A stretch of 63,859 bases of DNA, counting the filler, from Basidiobolus ranarum (lineage: Eukaryota), in the NCBI GenBank assembly GCA_040143965.1. It is 30 parts of 30 records of this genome, joined end to end, with 100 filler letters (N's around TTAATTAATTAA, not from the genome) between each part and the next. Parts side by side here need not be neighbours in the genome. Positions count along the whole stretch, not along the records: positions 49,082 to 51,108 come from JASJQH010003896.1; positions 51,209 to 53,235 come from JASJQH010003897.1; positions 53,336 to 55,361 come from JASJQH010003898.1; positions 55,462 to 57,486 come from JASJQH010003899.1; positions 57,587 to 59,611 come from JASJQH010003900.1; positions 59,712 to 61,735 come from JASJQH010003901.1; 24 more parts are not named here. One strand, given 5' to 3'. The notes beneath the pieces were generated by a model, which saw only the letters and a program-made list of their open reading frames with translations, searched no databases and had not been told where the DNA came from. This document shows positions 49,310 to 61,835 of this stretch, in pieces. Within the stretch, counting starts at the first letter, position 1, and every line of letters begins with the position of its first letter. The position numbers were made by a program, and so were the translations under genes.

Positions 49310-51108
49310 AAGGAAAAAAAATGTCAAGAAGAGAGGACTTAAATGATGAGCAGTCTAGCAATTCACTATCCACTTTGAAAGGCATTGGGATGCCAGAAAC
49401 TAATGCAAGTAATGATGAGGCATTGATCAATTTACCTGGTGTGTTCCCTTGAGCCAATAGTGCAAGTGAAGAGATTGTAATCCTCCAATTATATATCAAA
49501 TCAAAAGTTGAGTAATGTTCAACAGACACCAACAAGATTATCAACTTGCAAAATTGCTACTTTGCCAACTATTGAACAACCCTGCATTGAATATTTGGAT
49601 AGAATTATTACAATAAGGTAATTGCAGGCAGAACACTGAGATGATTTGTATGCAATCACAAGCAAGAACTAAAAAGTTGCTGGACAGGCCATGACATGCA
49701 ATAACACCGCAATATTTTAATTAATACAGCATTCTGAAGCAACTAGGCAACAGTTAGAGAGTCACTCAACAATGATACAAGATCTTTGCAAAGCTGTACT
49801 TGAGCCACAGCAACATGCTGCTCTCTCTATACATTGTCATACAGGATTTCTATAAATCCAACACCATACATATGAACTTCACCATGATAATCTAGCAGAG
49901 CAAAATATGTGTTGGACTATTAAGCTCTAAAAGAAATTTGAGGAATGTTATAGTAGGAAAGGCAACACAAATTTATTCCATTTCAGATTAACCACTAGTT
50001 TAGCATCATAAAATTGTCAAGGTAGATTTATCTTAATGAATTTTTTCAGTTTCAGGAGTGAAATTTCATGATCTCACAAAATAGTTGCACATGATTGGCT
50101 ACGATATCAGAGAACTGTGGATCAACACATGTGCAAAAAATGTAACTCAAATTTTACACCAATACCACTTCAACGCTAATTTTTCACCTTCAAAATCCCT
50201 AGTCTCTTTGATATATTGTCCTTAATATTTTTATAGAGTTCTTCATATACAAGGTTTAGCTCATACCCAACATGAATTTGTATCAATATCTCCATCAAAG
50301 CCCACCATTGTATCAACATTGCTAAGTCAACATTCTTCCAGCTATGTGGTGGATACCCTGCAATATTGTGCCACTCTCTATCAAGTTCTTCTCAGAAATT
50401 TGCAAGGTCCAAACCAGACTGAATGTCAAGTTGAATGTTCTTCATCTGAAGCCACTTTCTGCATACTTGCACTGCATTTTTCCCTTCATACTTTCAAAAA
50501 TACTCCTCAAGCACTTTGACTATTTTTGTATGTCCTTGTGGTGTAACACTACTGAGGGTGCTTTGTGCTGTTTGTGTGACTTTTTGCTTGCCTTTACCTT
50601 TGGGCCTTATTTCAACACTTTGAAAGGTACCAGTTGAGGTTGGAGAGCCATCAGTTTTATTTGCTGATGTTTTGACTTGTTGAGAGATGCCAGGTGCTGG
50701 AAAAACTTCCAAATTTAGCACTCTTCCAACTGGTGCACCTGGTTCCATGGTGAAATTAAGCTTTTTTGCCAGTATATCTGACTCTGGAATTTCAGATCTT
50801 CATAATGGTGTGAAGAATTTGGTAAGTGGGACAGCAGAGCCCAAACTCACTGGCTCCTTTGCTTTTCCCTTGGGTTTACTAACTTCCTGCTCCTTTAGTA
50901 CTTCTTAACTGCTTTACTTTCCTTTCCAAGTTGATAATTGCTTACATCTTTGAGATGTTTCAGGAATAGGCCTACACTAGCCCAATTGCCATTTGCTTGC
51001 AAAAACCCATGTAAAGCCACATGATATAAGTCAAGAACCCTCAGAGTAACACCTGGTTTTTGGTTTTTCCACACTTGACTCAAATCCAGGTAATTTCAGG
51101 CAAGATTC
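49310..51108. mobile_element. CMC ORF2 (+, 49310-49924) interrupted by an inverted copy of the ORF2-side terminus and ORF2 (-, 49925-51108)
   Basis: Decayed TIR CTCTAAAAGAAAT at 49925; its flank aligns with 59712-59822. Confidence 0.85.
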
Positions 51109-51208
51109 NNNNNNNNNNNNNNNNNNNNNNNNNNNNNNNNNNNNNNNNNNNNTTAATTAATTAANNNNNNNNNNNNNNNNNNNNNNNNNNNNNNNNNNNN
51201 NNNNNNNN

Positions 51209-53235
51209 TAGCAGCAAGTCCTCAAAGTTGTCTGGACTTACTGGTTTGACCAAAGTTGCATTTTGACCTACATCATTCTGGTCATATAACTGTGGTAACT
51301 CTATGGTATCTTGACTTTTGCCAGTGTTACCAAAACTTTGAGGCAAACTACAGTCAGTGGACTCAATAGGCAAAACTAAACTCAATTTAGTACACTTATT
51401 ACTGTTCTTATACACCATGCTTTGTGCAGCTGGTGGCTTTGTACAGTGACTGTACTTGTGATTATTTTTTCTATAAAGCATCTGGCTTTCAAAGTGCAAG
51501 AATTTGTGACAAAAATAGCAGGGCTACTTTAAACATTTGTGTTGTGGCATGAAAAGGATATTGTAGAAAAAAGAACACCTCACATGTAAGGGTGGTATTT
51601 TAGGTATGGCCCATCAATATCATCAGCTGATTTTGAGACAGTGTCACAGATGAGTCATCAGGGGATTTACAAGATATTTATGGTAATGGATGGCAATTTT
51701 GGTTTATTATAAGCAGTTTCTAAGCAATTTCATTATACCAAGTTTACCATCTGAAAATTTCAATGCCATTCAAAAAGTGCTCAAAATCTGAGTCAAAATC
51801 AGCTTCCAAGTCAAAGCCTGCTGGCACAAAAGGAAAAAAACCAACAAGAACAGAGGACTTAATTGATGAGCAGTCTAGCAATGCACTATCCACTTTGGAA
51901 GGCATTAACATGCTGGAAACTAACTCAAGTAACAAGGAAGCATTAACCAATTTACCAGATGTGTTCCTTTCCAGCAGTAGTCCAAGTGAAGAGATTGTAA
52001 TCCCCCAATTACATATTAAATCAATAGTTGAGCTAAGTTCAACCAAAACACCGTCAAGTCCATCAACTTCCAAAATAGCTACTTTGCCTACTATTGAACA
52101 ACCCTCCATAGAAAATTTGGATAGAATTTTTACAATAAGGGAATTGCAGGCAGAACACTGTAATGATTTGTATGCAATCATAAGTAAAAACTATGAAGTT
52201 GTTATACAGGCCATGACAAGCAATAACTCCGCAATATTGCAATTTATGCAGCATTTGGAAGCTACTAGTCAACAGTTAGAGAGTCACTCATTAATGATAC
52301 AAGACCTTCAGAATGCTGTTCTTAAGCTACAGCAACTTGCTGCTCTCTCCATTCATTCTCTTACAAGATTTCAGTTAATCCCACACCATACATATGAAAG
52401 TCACCATGACAATCTAGCAGAGCAAAATATATGTTGGACTATTAAGCCTACACAATGACCCAAAATTGCTTGGGCACACAAAAGTCTAAATCTCATAGGA
52501 AAACTGGCAGACCAAAAGACTCTGAATGTAAGAACTGCTGTCACTTGCTCTGATGATGAGTGGTTTAACAGTTTGGAAACTGTGCAGAATCTTGCCCAAA
52601 ATCACCTAGATTTGAGTCAATTGTGGAAAAACCAAAAACCAGGCATTACTCTGAAAGTTCTTGACTTATTTCATGTGGCTTATCCTTGGTTTTTGCAAGT
52701 AAATGGCAATTGGGCTAGTTTAGGCCTATTGATCAAACATCTCAAAAATGTACGCAATTATCAACTTCTGCCAGAAAGAAAAGCAGCTAAAGGAATACTG
52801 AAGGAGTAGGAAGTTAGTAAACCCAAGGGAAAAGCAAAGGAGCCAATGTGTTTAGGCTCTACTGTCCCACTTACCGAATTCTTCACACCATTATGAAGAT
52901 CTGCAATTCCAGAGTCAGATATACTGGCGAAAAAGCTTAATTTCACTATGGAACTGGGTACACCAGTTGGCACGGTGCTAAATTTGGAAATTTATCCAAC
53001 ACCTGGCACCTCTCAATGAGCCAAAACACCAGTAAATAGAACTCACAGCTCTCCAACCTCAACTGGTACTTTTCAAAGTGTTGAAATTAGTCCCAAAGGT
53101 AAAGGTAAGCAAAAAGCCGCACAAACACTGCAAAGCACCCTCAATAGTGTCACACTACATGGATGTACAAAAATAGTCAAAGTGCACAAGGAGTATTTTC
53201 TAAAGTATGAAGGGAAAAATGCAGTGCAAGTATGA
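51209..53235. mobile_element. CMC element core: transposase start (-, ATG 51550), 212-bp divergent spacer, ORF2 (+, from 51763)
   Basis: Same arrangement at 16584/16796; best-preserved ORF2 copy (231-aa open stretch). Confidence 0.88.
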
Positions 53236-53902
53236 NNNNNNNNNNNNNNNNNNNNNNNNNNNNNNNNNNNNNNNNNNNNTTAATTAATTAANNNNNNNNN
53301 NNNNNNNNNNNNNNNNNNNNNNNNNNNNNNNNNNNAAACAAAACATTACCTACTAATTCGGCAATAGTATCAGCAAGTGAGATAATCACCACAATAATTA
53401 GCCCATACATAGTTCTGTGATCATGTCTAGCTATTGTATCTGGGTTTATTGTTTGTTGACTTTTTGTACAGAGTACCCAGGAAAACTCAATCAGTAACAT
53501 ATTCATAACGCTAACCCTAAATGCTTATACTTTCCACTAATCGCACTTTTGTCATATATAAACTAATATTTGAACTAACAGACTTAAGAATGCTTCATAA
53601 TTGTGTTTATTCAATCCTGTAACAAACCCATAGATTTGTAAACAAGAAAAATCTCCGGATACTATCAAATTGACGGTTTAAGAATTTATGAGAGAACCGG
53701 AGACCACAAAGTTTAGCTCCGATTCATAAGAATGTCAAACACATATCGAACAAGTTCGGCTTTTTATTCTCTTTGAGGGATTTATTTCTAAACAACTAAT
53801 GTCAACCGAGATTCGGTGGTTTCAGCTTCTAAGAGGCCATATATACAGTGTTCAGATTTTGTTGAGCGTTAGACCAAATTTTTCGATACTATTGTTCTTA
53901 CA

Positions 53903-54668
53903 ATGCTTGACCTTACTTCTATCCTGACTTTATCCAGCTTGGCTATGAGTGTATTCACCACACCATTGGAAAAACGTCAGGAAGCTAGCGGACTTATCAA
54001 GGAATGTTCTCCGGGAAAGATAGCTCTTACTTTTGACGACGGTCCTTCTAGCGATACAACTAGTCAACTTCTTGATGACCTTCTCGAAGCAGACGTAAAG
54101 GTCACTCTATTTGTAATAGGACAAAGTAAGTCGAGTTATTTCCAGTAGTTATTAAGTCAGCTCTATAACATATTCATGTTTTTTAGAGGTTGTGGAAAAT
54201 CCTGAAGTATTGCAGCGAGCATATGATGAAGGTCACCACATAGCCTCCCATACATTTTCCCATTTTAACTTGAATAGCTTGTCTGACCAAGAAGTTCAAG
54301 ATGAGGCAAACAAAGCAGCTGATGCTATTGATGAGGTACTTGGCGTTAGACCAAAGTATATACGTTGCCCCTATGGTTCTTGTGACGAACGAGTACAGAA
54401 TATATTGTTCAACATGGGATACAAGGTTATAGATTGGAACTTTGATACACTCGATTGGGATACATTAAATACCGAACATTTAGAAAATATCTATGAAAAT
54501 ACATTGTCGGTTAATTCACCGGAAAGCTCAGGGTTTATTTCATTACAACATGACATTCACCCCACCACTGTCCAGGCAATTCCAAAAGTACTCGAGATTA
54601 TAGAAAAATACAACTTTGAAGTAACCACTGTGCCCGAATGCTTTGGTGACACCGACCTGTACTTCTAA
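53903..54668 (+). CDS. Secreted CE4 chitin/polysaccharide deacetylase, 234 aa; exons 53903-54125 and 54187-54668
   Basis: Signal peptide + KR; motifs TFDDGP, HTFSH, RCPYG, DTLDW, LQHD; the 61-bp GTAAGT..TAG intron restores the frame (VIGQKVVENP). Confidence 0.95.
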
Positions 54669-54923
54669 TGGGAATTTCTTTCGACAAGCTTCTCAGTCAC
54701 CATAAACCCCATACCTGACCTCTCATGATATACAAGCTCTAGATTATCGCTCTGGCGATGTAGATTGATTTCAAACATCTGTTAGTAATAAACCTATTTG
54801 ATTCAACATACATATAATATTAATGTTTGTAGTGTCATGTACAGAAAAAGTATCAAGTATTTATTCTTGGGAAAACATTCAAACTAACTCATCACAGAAA
54901 TAGTTGTCATGATCAATACTGAT

Positions 54924-55361
54924 TTAGTACTTGATCTTCTTTTCTTGAGCTTTGCTCAAGTAGTCAGAAAATTCTTGGAAAGGTCCCATGGAGAATTGTG
55001 ATTCGGCCCACAAGTCAGGAGTCAAGAAAGTGTAGGTGTTACCAATAGCAGCAAAGGTAGCCTTAACGAAGTTACCCAAAGTACGGGTAGAACCACTGGC
55101 AGTAGTGTAGCAATCAGTGATACCAGCAAGTTGCAAAAGCTTCTTGGGGGTAGGAGCGGCGACGATACCGGTACCACGGGGAGCAGGAACAAGACGAGTG
55201 AGGACGGAACCACACTTACCGGTAACCTTGGAAGGAACGGTATGGGGAAGACCAAGGGAAGAACCCCAGTAACCTCTACGGACAGGGATGATGCTAAGCT
55301 TAGCAAGGATGATGGCACCACGGATGGCGGTAGCAACTTCCTTGGCGCACTTGACACCGAG
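54924..55361 (-). CDS. RPS2: 40S ribosomal protein S2 (uS5), C-terminal part
   Basis: [53 protein letters not shown]. Confidence 0.98.
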   Translation of the reverse strand, partial: LGVKCAKEVATAIRGAIILAKLSIIPVRRGYWGSSLGLPHTVPSKVTGKCGSVLTRLVPAPRGTGIVAAPTPKKLLQLAGITDCYTTASGSTRTLGNFVKATFAAIGNTYTFLTPDLWAESQFSMGPFQEFSDYLSKAQEKKIKY

Positions 55362-55502
55362 NNNNNNNNNNNNNNNNNNNNNNNNNNNNNNNNNNNNNNN
55401 NNNNNTTAATTAATTAANNNNNNNNNNNNNNNNNNNNNNNNNNNNNNNNNNNNNNNNNNNNCTAAATTCAAACAATAGTCTTGGGGGGGGGGGAAGTGTT
55501 TC

Positions 55503-55987
55503 TTACTGTTTAGAAGACTTAGTGCTATCGTCAGTTTCCTTTGAGCTGTCTGCATTACCATACAAGACTTCGTAACGTCTACGATTGGCCTCTTGGATTT
55601 GTTGTGCGCGTTCTTTTCTTTCAAAACCAGTTAGAGCGGCTTCGGAGCCGTTGGCAAATCCTGCTAAGGTGATAGCAGTTAACAGCCAACCCTTGAAAAA
55701 GAAGACGATTAATAGGGAGACCTCGAAAGAGTTACACAAAATAAGGGTACTTTTTGAACGGTAGGTAAGCGATTAAAGTAGGGCCAGGTTGAGTTGGCGA
55801 TTACACCAGCAAACGACGCAATGGCAGCATATTTTAAAGCACCAAAGAAGCCACTTCAGAATAGAAAAGGGAAATAAATGAGCCTCACTCTATACAATTA
55901 ATAAACTCAGTATCATGTAAAGAATTCCTACCGAGTCATGGCGGAGTCGGTGACTTCCACACCTTCAGCTGTTGATACGACACGCAT
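55503..55987 (-). CDS. 115-aa Rcf2-N-terminal/Rcf3-like mitochondrial membrane protein; exons 55987-55932, 55853-55751, 55691-55503
   Basis: Spliced frame MRVVSTAEG..GFFGALKY..WPYFNRLPTVQKGWLLTAITLAGF..SEAALTGFE with two TM segments. Confidence 0.7.
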
Positions 55988-56449
55988 ATTAGTTTAGTTA
56001 ATGAAAGAAAAGTGATTATAGGAGCCATTTATATAGGGAAAAAGAATCTTTATGTAATATCCAATCAACAGAATCTAATGATGACTAGCAAAATGGATGA
56101 TTTTATTCTTTCCCATACTTTTATCGCTTTCATATCATATGACGTAGTAAAAAGTTTTCAAAAATATCCTTACTCAACGCCAGTGGTTTTTAATGCATGA
56201 TTACTTGCGATGTTGCTAACCAGATGCTTGAACTAACGGTATGATGTTACGTATATATATATATATGATTTCACCTAGTCTATGTTCAATCCTCTCTAAC
56301 GGATTAAAAAGTGCACCAATCATGGTTGAGATCATAATAACAGTCTTCGTTGTGTGGGACAAATTGGATGTGTGCTTATAGATTGCAATGTATCATCTGT
56401 TTTTTCAAAGTAGATGGATATTAAGGCCCAGTAGTAGGAGCCAAAGGGT

Positions 56450-56531
56450 ATTAAAGCTCAGTATGAGTAGATCCAACTAATGTCCATTCAATTAAAGCTC
56501 AGTAGGAGTAGATCCAACTAATGTCCATTCA
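56450..56531. repeat. 41-bp direct tandem duplication
   Basis: ATTAAAGCTCAGTA(T/G)GAGTAGATCCAACTAATGTCCATTCA x2. Confidence 0.95.
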
Positions 56532-56827
56532 AGTTCAATGGATGTTTGTATTCTACTTTATTGGGGTTATGATGGCCCACATGACCAAGGGTAGGGAAAA
56601 CTTAACCCTAACCCTATTGTCTTCCTCTCATTCATCAATAGTAATTGCCTACTCATTCCACAGACTATTACTCTAAGTGATTTTGTCTCCCCATTGTTGA
56701 AACTTGTAAGCACCTATGATTTATGCTTTGTTGAGGTTTTCCTGTTGATAGTGGCAAATCCATAGTAAGGCTCATCATCCCCGCATTCTATAGTACCCCT
56801 AATGTATTCAACTGAACTTGCAGTCAC

Positions 56828-57486
56828 TGTTGAAATTAGCTTTGCCTAAACACCTATATAGTCATATATAGCTTAGTACTTAATTATCTTACAATTCACT
56901 AAGATATTATCCATTATTCTCAATTGGAGTTTACTTAGAATATTGACACCAACTTAGAAGTTCTCAGATATATAGATTTTTCAAGCTTGTGCTAGAAGCC
57001 TCAGACTTTGCTCACATGTTTCTGCAACCTTCCTTAACACATTGTACATTTTTGTTTGTTTACATCTTGACAAAACTATAAATGTCAACTTTCTACTCAA
57101 TAAATCAAAAAGTGAAAAACACCAATTCCTCCAATTCTCCAAACCACTTCCAACAGGCTCCCAAATACCTTAACAGGCTATGAGCACCAAGCTTGCACTC
57201 TCTGTAATGTCTACTCCTCAGATTTATGGAACCTTTTCCTCTTCTGAAATATTGGATGGAATCAATTATCAAGTTTGGAAAATTAAAATGAAAATGCTGC
57301 TACAAGAAAAAGAACTTTGCAACACTGTTGTAGAAGAAGAAAACAATGCAAAGCTATCTGAAACCAGAATTTCACTCCAACTTAAAAAGAACAAAGTGCC
57401 TTTAACACAATTTGTCTTAATGTCAAAGACAATTTGCTAATTCAATGTTCAAGAGCTAAAACTGCCAAGAAGGTATGGATAGCCTT
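56828..57486 (+). mobile_element. Ty1/copia family A 5' end: 348-bp LTR (56828-57175), PBS GGCTATGAGC, gag start
   Basis: TGTTG...TTAACA ends; LDGINYQVWKIKMKMLLQEKEL gag motif. Confidence 0.93.
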
Positions 57487-58104
57487 NNNNNNNNNNNNNN
57501 NNNNNNNNNNNNNNNNNNNNNNNNNNNNNNTTAATTAATTAANNNNNNNNNNNNNNNNNNNNNNNNNNNNNNNNNNNNNNNNNNNNGGGGATGGCTGCAG
57601 TATGCCAATTGCGCCATGAATGACCTCGTCTCGGAGATGAACCACAAGTAGTTATCACTTTGAATCCAGTGTCCATTAGTTCTGTTTAATAAAATGTATC
57701 TATGTATTTACTCAAGTTGGTATTTATTTATGCCCATTAATTTGCGTGATTATGCGTGTGCATTTTGTAATTGATAGTTACTTAGAATTGAAATTGCCTA
57801 TTATGTTGACTTTCTTTAAATAGTTGGTCACCCATACAATCGCCGGATCTGAGATCATAGAATATATAGATATAAAATCAGTATTTCGTATTGACCCTAC
57901 GTCTGATCAGTATTGCGTCTGAATATTATGAACTAATCTAGATAACGTAATTTTTTTCCGGGATTTAATATTGATAATCATCAGTAATCTAAGCACCCCT
58001 CAAGTAGAAAAATATATGAAGTCTGTATCATATACCTGTAACTTAGTCCACTAAGTGTGTATATCCAAAAATTCATTTTGTGAGATAAAATTGATGAGGG
58101 AGTA

Positions 58105-58434
58105 TGTTGAAGTAGTTTGGGAATTGTTGGAAGTGATTTGGAGCACCCGAAGAATTGGTGGTTTTCATTTGTTGATTCATTGAGTGGAAAGTTGACATTT
58201 ATAGTTTTGTCAAGGAGTAAACAAACAGATCTGTAGAATGTGCTAAGGAAAGTCCCAGGAACATGTGTGCAAAGTTTGGGGCCTCTAGGACAAGTTTGAA
58301 AAGTTTACATATCTAAGAACTTTCAAGTAAGCTTTGAATGAGAATAGCAGGTGACATCTTGGTGAAACCATGGAACAACTAAATACTAAGCTACATATGA
58401 CTATATTGATGTTTAGGCTATGTTAATTTCAACA
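58105..58434 (-). mobile_element. Solo LTR-A variant with imperfect TSD (GAGTA/GAGCA)
   Basis: TGTTGA...TCAACA ends; homology to LTR-A. Confidence 0.85.
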
Positions 58435-58889
58435 GAGCAGTGTATGCAGTGATCTCCTAGAAGTCCATGAATGAAAGTGTGCAATCTTTCAACAAAACTA
58501 AAACGAGAATATTAGAAGGAAACTGAATGACAGGAAGATATTCGGCTACATGGGATACCGGACAGCTCATCCAATCTGGCTATGGAAAGTCATTTTAAGA
58601 TCTGGTTACCCTGGATTGACCAGGATCAGGAATGGTATCTGATTGCAAAATATCTTTGACACCTGTTGAATTCAGTGTCCTGATGCAAGTAATATTGAAA
58701 ATGACATAGCTCAAGCATGTATGCAGTCATATAGTTAGCTACCTAAGCTTCACAATATTATTATTCAATAACTTCACTTGGAATTTACTTAAGAGGTTGA
58801 GACCAACTTGGACGTTTTCAGAATATATAATCTTCTCAAACTTGTCTAAGAGACCCCAAACTTCGTACACATGCTTCAGGGACCTCTAG

Positions 58890-59611
58890 GTCTAGTTTGG
58901 AGGCATGAACAAGATGAGGAAACTTTATGGCATCTAAGATGTCTACAATATATAAACATTAATAAGCATTATCAACATTGTCAAATATGTTCGAGGTATC
59001 CATACCTTGAATAAAGAATACAGGTATATCGTTACCAACTAGTTTGTAAAAAGTATTAGTAAGGCAGAAACTTATCAATTAAATAGCAATAGTTACCAAT
59101 ATCAAATAACCCTTTTTCAGTATAAAAGCGTGAAGCAAATCCACGAACATCTCCCACAGTATCGGCAGATCCACGAGAGCCTAGCACTGTAGAGATCCTT
59201 ACAAATACTGGACTCTTCACCTCAGGATTATGTAAAAGCTTAGCGGCTGTGACATTGTAGTAGTCTCCATATGGCTGGAAATATCCATGAGCATGAACAA
59301 CACGTTCAGGGATACGTTCGTGATCTATGGGTTTCCAGGATATGAGACTATATATGACCAAATTTAAAAGATTGTGAACCCATCAAAATGCATGAGGTTT
59401 TCACGAAATTGGAAATTCTCCAAGAGAGTAGGACCTCTTAATCCAGTCTTCAAGCTGTCCGTGTTATTGATCTATGTAGAGAGAGTTGATATAAATCTTC
59501 ACATTTGATGGGTACGCAGTAGTGGCCATCTGTGGTGGAGAAGTTTGGAACTAAGCTTGAGACCAAAGGTGGGTGTGTCATGAGTATTGACATTATCAAT
59601 GGTAAACTCTT
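58890..59611 (-). pseudogene. Large-subunit-type heme catalase, N-terminal region, intron-containing and disrupted
   Basis: [56 protein letters not shown]; RGxGA is missing; truncated by an LTR fragment at ~58695-58888. Confidence 0.88.
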
Positions 59612-59711
59612 NNNNNNNNNNNNNNNNNNNNNNNNNNNNNNNNNNNNNNNNNNNNTTAATTAATTAANNNNNNNNNNNNNNNNNNNNNNNNNNNNNNNNN
59701 NNNNNNNNNNN

Positions 59712-59822
59712 AAAATCAAATCTAACTTGACAATTTTATGGTGGCAAGTAGACAGTCAATCCCAAATGGATTAAAATTGTGACGGTTTTCTTACAATAAC
59801 AATCCTCAAATTTCTGTTAGGG
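59712..59822 (+). mobile_element. CMC terminus on the ORF2 side, ending ATTTCTGTTAGGG, inserted in copia pol
   Basis: Aligns with 49925-50035 (reverse); the copia frame breaks at 59823. Confidence 0.8.
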
Positions 59823-61735
59823 TTAACCAAAGTCCAAGTTTGGTTATCTTTGAGTGACTGATACTCCTCTGCCATTACAGCACTCAAAAACTTTGTGTTA
59901 GAACTCTCCATTGCCTCCTGTACTGATTTGGGTGCATCAGAAAATGCTAAGTTATCACTAGACTCTTTGTGGCTAGTGTGAGAGTGGTAATCAGGTGGAG
60001 ATCTCATCCAATTGGATCTCCTAAGATGGGAAACTGGCACTACAACTTCTGGTACCAATTTAGGCAATGAAACCACCCCAGGCTTGGTTGAGAAGATTGC
60101 AGGTGAGGAATTTCAATGTTTTTCTCACTGACCAGGGTCTGGTGAGAGAAAGAAGAATTTTCAACAATTTTTGGGTGTTTTTCTTGATCCTAGATTGTTT
60201 GATTAAAAAATTTTCTTCTTCAGCAAATTCTATGTCCCTTGACTTGATTAGCCTCTTATTTTCAGTGTCATATAGTCTGTACCCTTTTGTTCCGTCACAA
60301 TATCCCAGAAAAAAACATTTCTGGCTTTTTTGGTCTAATTTTGATCTCTTCTGGTCTAGAATCACTGCATATGCAGTACTTCCAAAAACTATGAGATAAG
60401 CCACATCTGGTTTGCTTCCAAACCAAGCTTGATATGGTGTCATAGCCAATAGAGACCTAGAAGGACATCTGTTCCTAATATGTACTGCAGTTGCAACCAA
60501 TTCAGCCCAGAATGGTTTTGGTAAATCTTGATCATGAAGCATTGATCTTGCCTTTTCCAAAATTGATCTGTTTGCACATTCTGCTACTCCTTTCTGCTGT
60601 GTGGAATATGGCACTGCAGTCTGCTGCTCTGTCCCATGTGTTGAGCAGAAGTTAGAGAAGAGGTTTGAGGTAAATTCCCCTCCATTATTGATGTGGATGA
60701 TCTTAATCTTTAGACCAATTTCAGTCTCCACCTTTGATTTGAATTTCTTGATGGTATCAAAGGCTTTATCCTTAGTGGCCAGAAAGTACACACAAGTATA
60801 CTTTGTCTTATCATCAATAAAGATCATAAAATACCTTTTTCCACTTAAGGATTTTGTCTGCATTGGGCCACACAAATCTGAGTGCATCAGGCCCAATTTA
60901 TGATCAATTTTACTCATTCCAGAGCCCACAAATGGCTGTCTGTGTTGCCTACCATATAGGCAATCTTCACATAGCTTCAGATCTGGTTGAATTACAAAAT
61001 TTAGTCCCAAAATCACCTTGTTTTTGATTAAATTTCTCATATTTTCAGCTCCTGGATGTCCCAATCTCCTATGCCAGATTTTCCAGTGTATCTCTTCATC
61101 TGTGGCTGTGTTAACTTGTTCATATATTGGCCTAAGATAATGAAGCTTATACAAGTTATTTTGCTTAGCTCCAGAAGCTACATAATTCCCTTGTTGATCC
61201 CTGATTGTACAGCCATTTTGATCAAAATTAAAGCTATATCCCTCAGATGTAGCATTACTCACTGCTAACAAATTTTTTGCTATTGCAGGCACATATAGCA
61301 CATTTTTCAGTGTCAAATATATGTCCCCAGAGATGCCCCCAAGATCCACCAAAATATCTCTCACTCCCAGAGCATCTAATGGCCAGTTATCTCCCATATA
61401 CACCTTCTTGTTTATGTCATTTTGAGTGACTAAAACCAGTTTTTTGATTAAAGAAAAGTTGAGAGGCTCCAAAATCAATATGCCATGTCCTACAGTCTTG
61501 TTCAGAGGTCACTGATAGAGTAGAAATGAATAAAACTTCCTCTTTGGTAGAAACCTGATTTGCTTGTTCTGACTTCTCAGTTTTGTTGTAATTTCTTGAT
61601 TTGCAATCTTTTAACTGGTGTCCTGGTTTGTTACAACTATAGCATTAACCTGGTTTCCTTCTTCTGTTACCTTTGTACTTGCCAAAGCTATGTTTTCCAG
61701 CTCCAAAAAGAGCCACTCCCTCAGATTCTTTTCCA
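59823..61735 (-). mobile_element. Ty1/copia pol (protease, GAG-pre-integrase, integrase; 472-aa open stretch 60060-61478)
   Basis: WHRRLGH, CEDC, HSDLCGP, FIDDKT, NGGEF, FWAE, SKLDQKS. Confidence 0.96.
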
Positions 61736-61835
61736 NNNNNNNNNNNNNNNNNNNNNNNNNNNNNNNNNNNNNNNNNNNNTTAATTAATTAANNNNNNNNN
61801 NNNNNNNNNNNNNNNNNNNNNNNNNNNNNNNNNNN

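Noticed and set aside
55022-55409. Alternative-frame and antisense ORFs over RPS2
   Set aside because: Shadow ORFs caused by the biased codon usage of a highly expressed gene.
59815-59826. piggyBac assignment from GGG|TTAA ends
   Set aside because: Other termini are flanked by AAAC, TACA and TTAC, and the linked transposase has Tnp2/EnSpm motifs.
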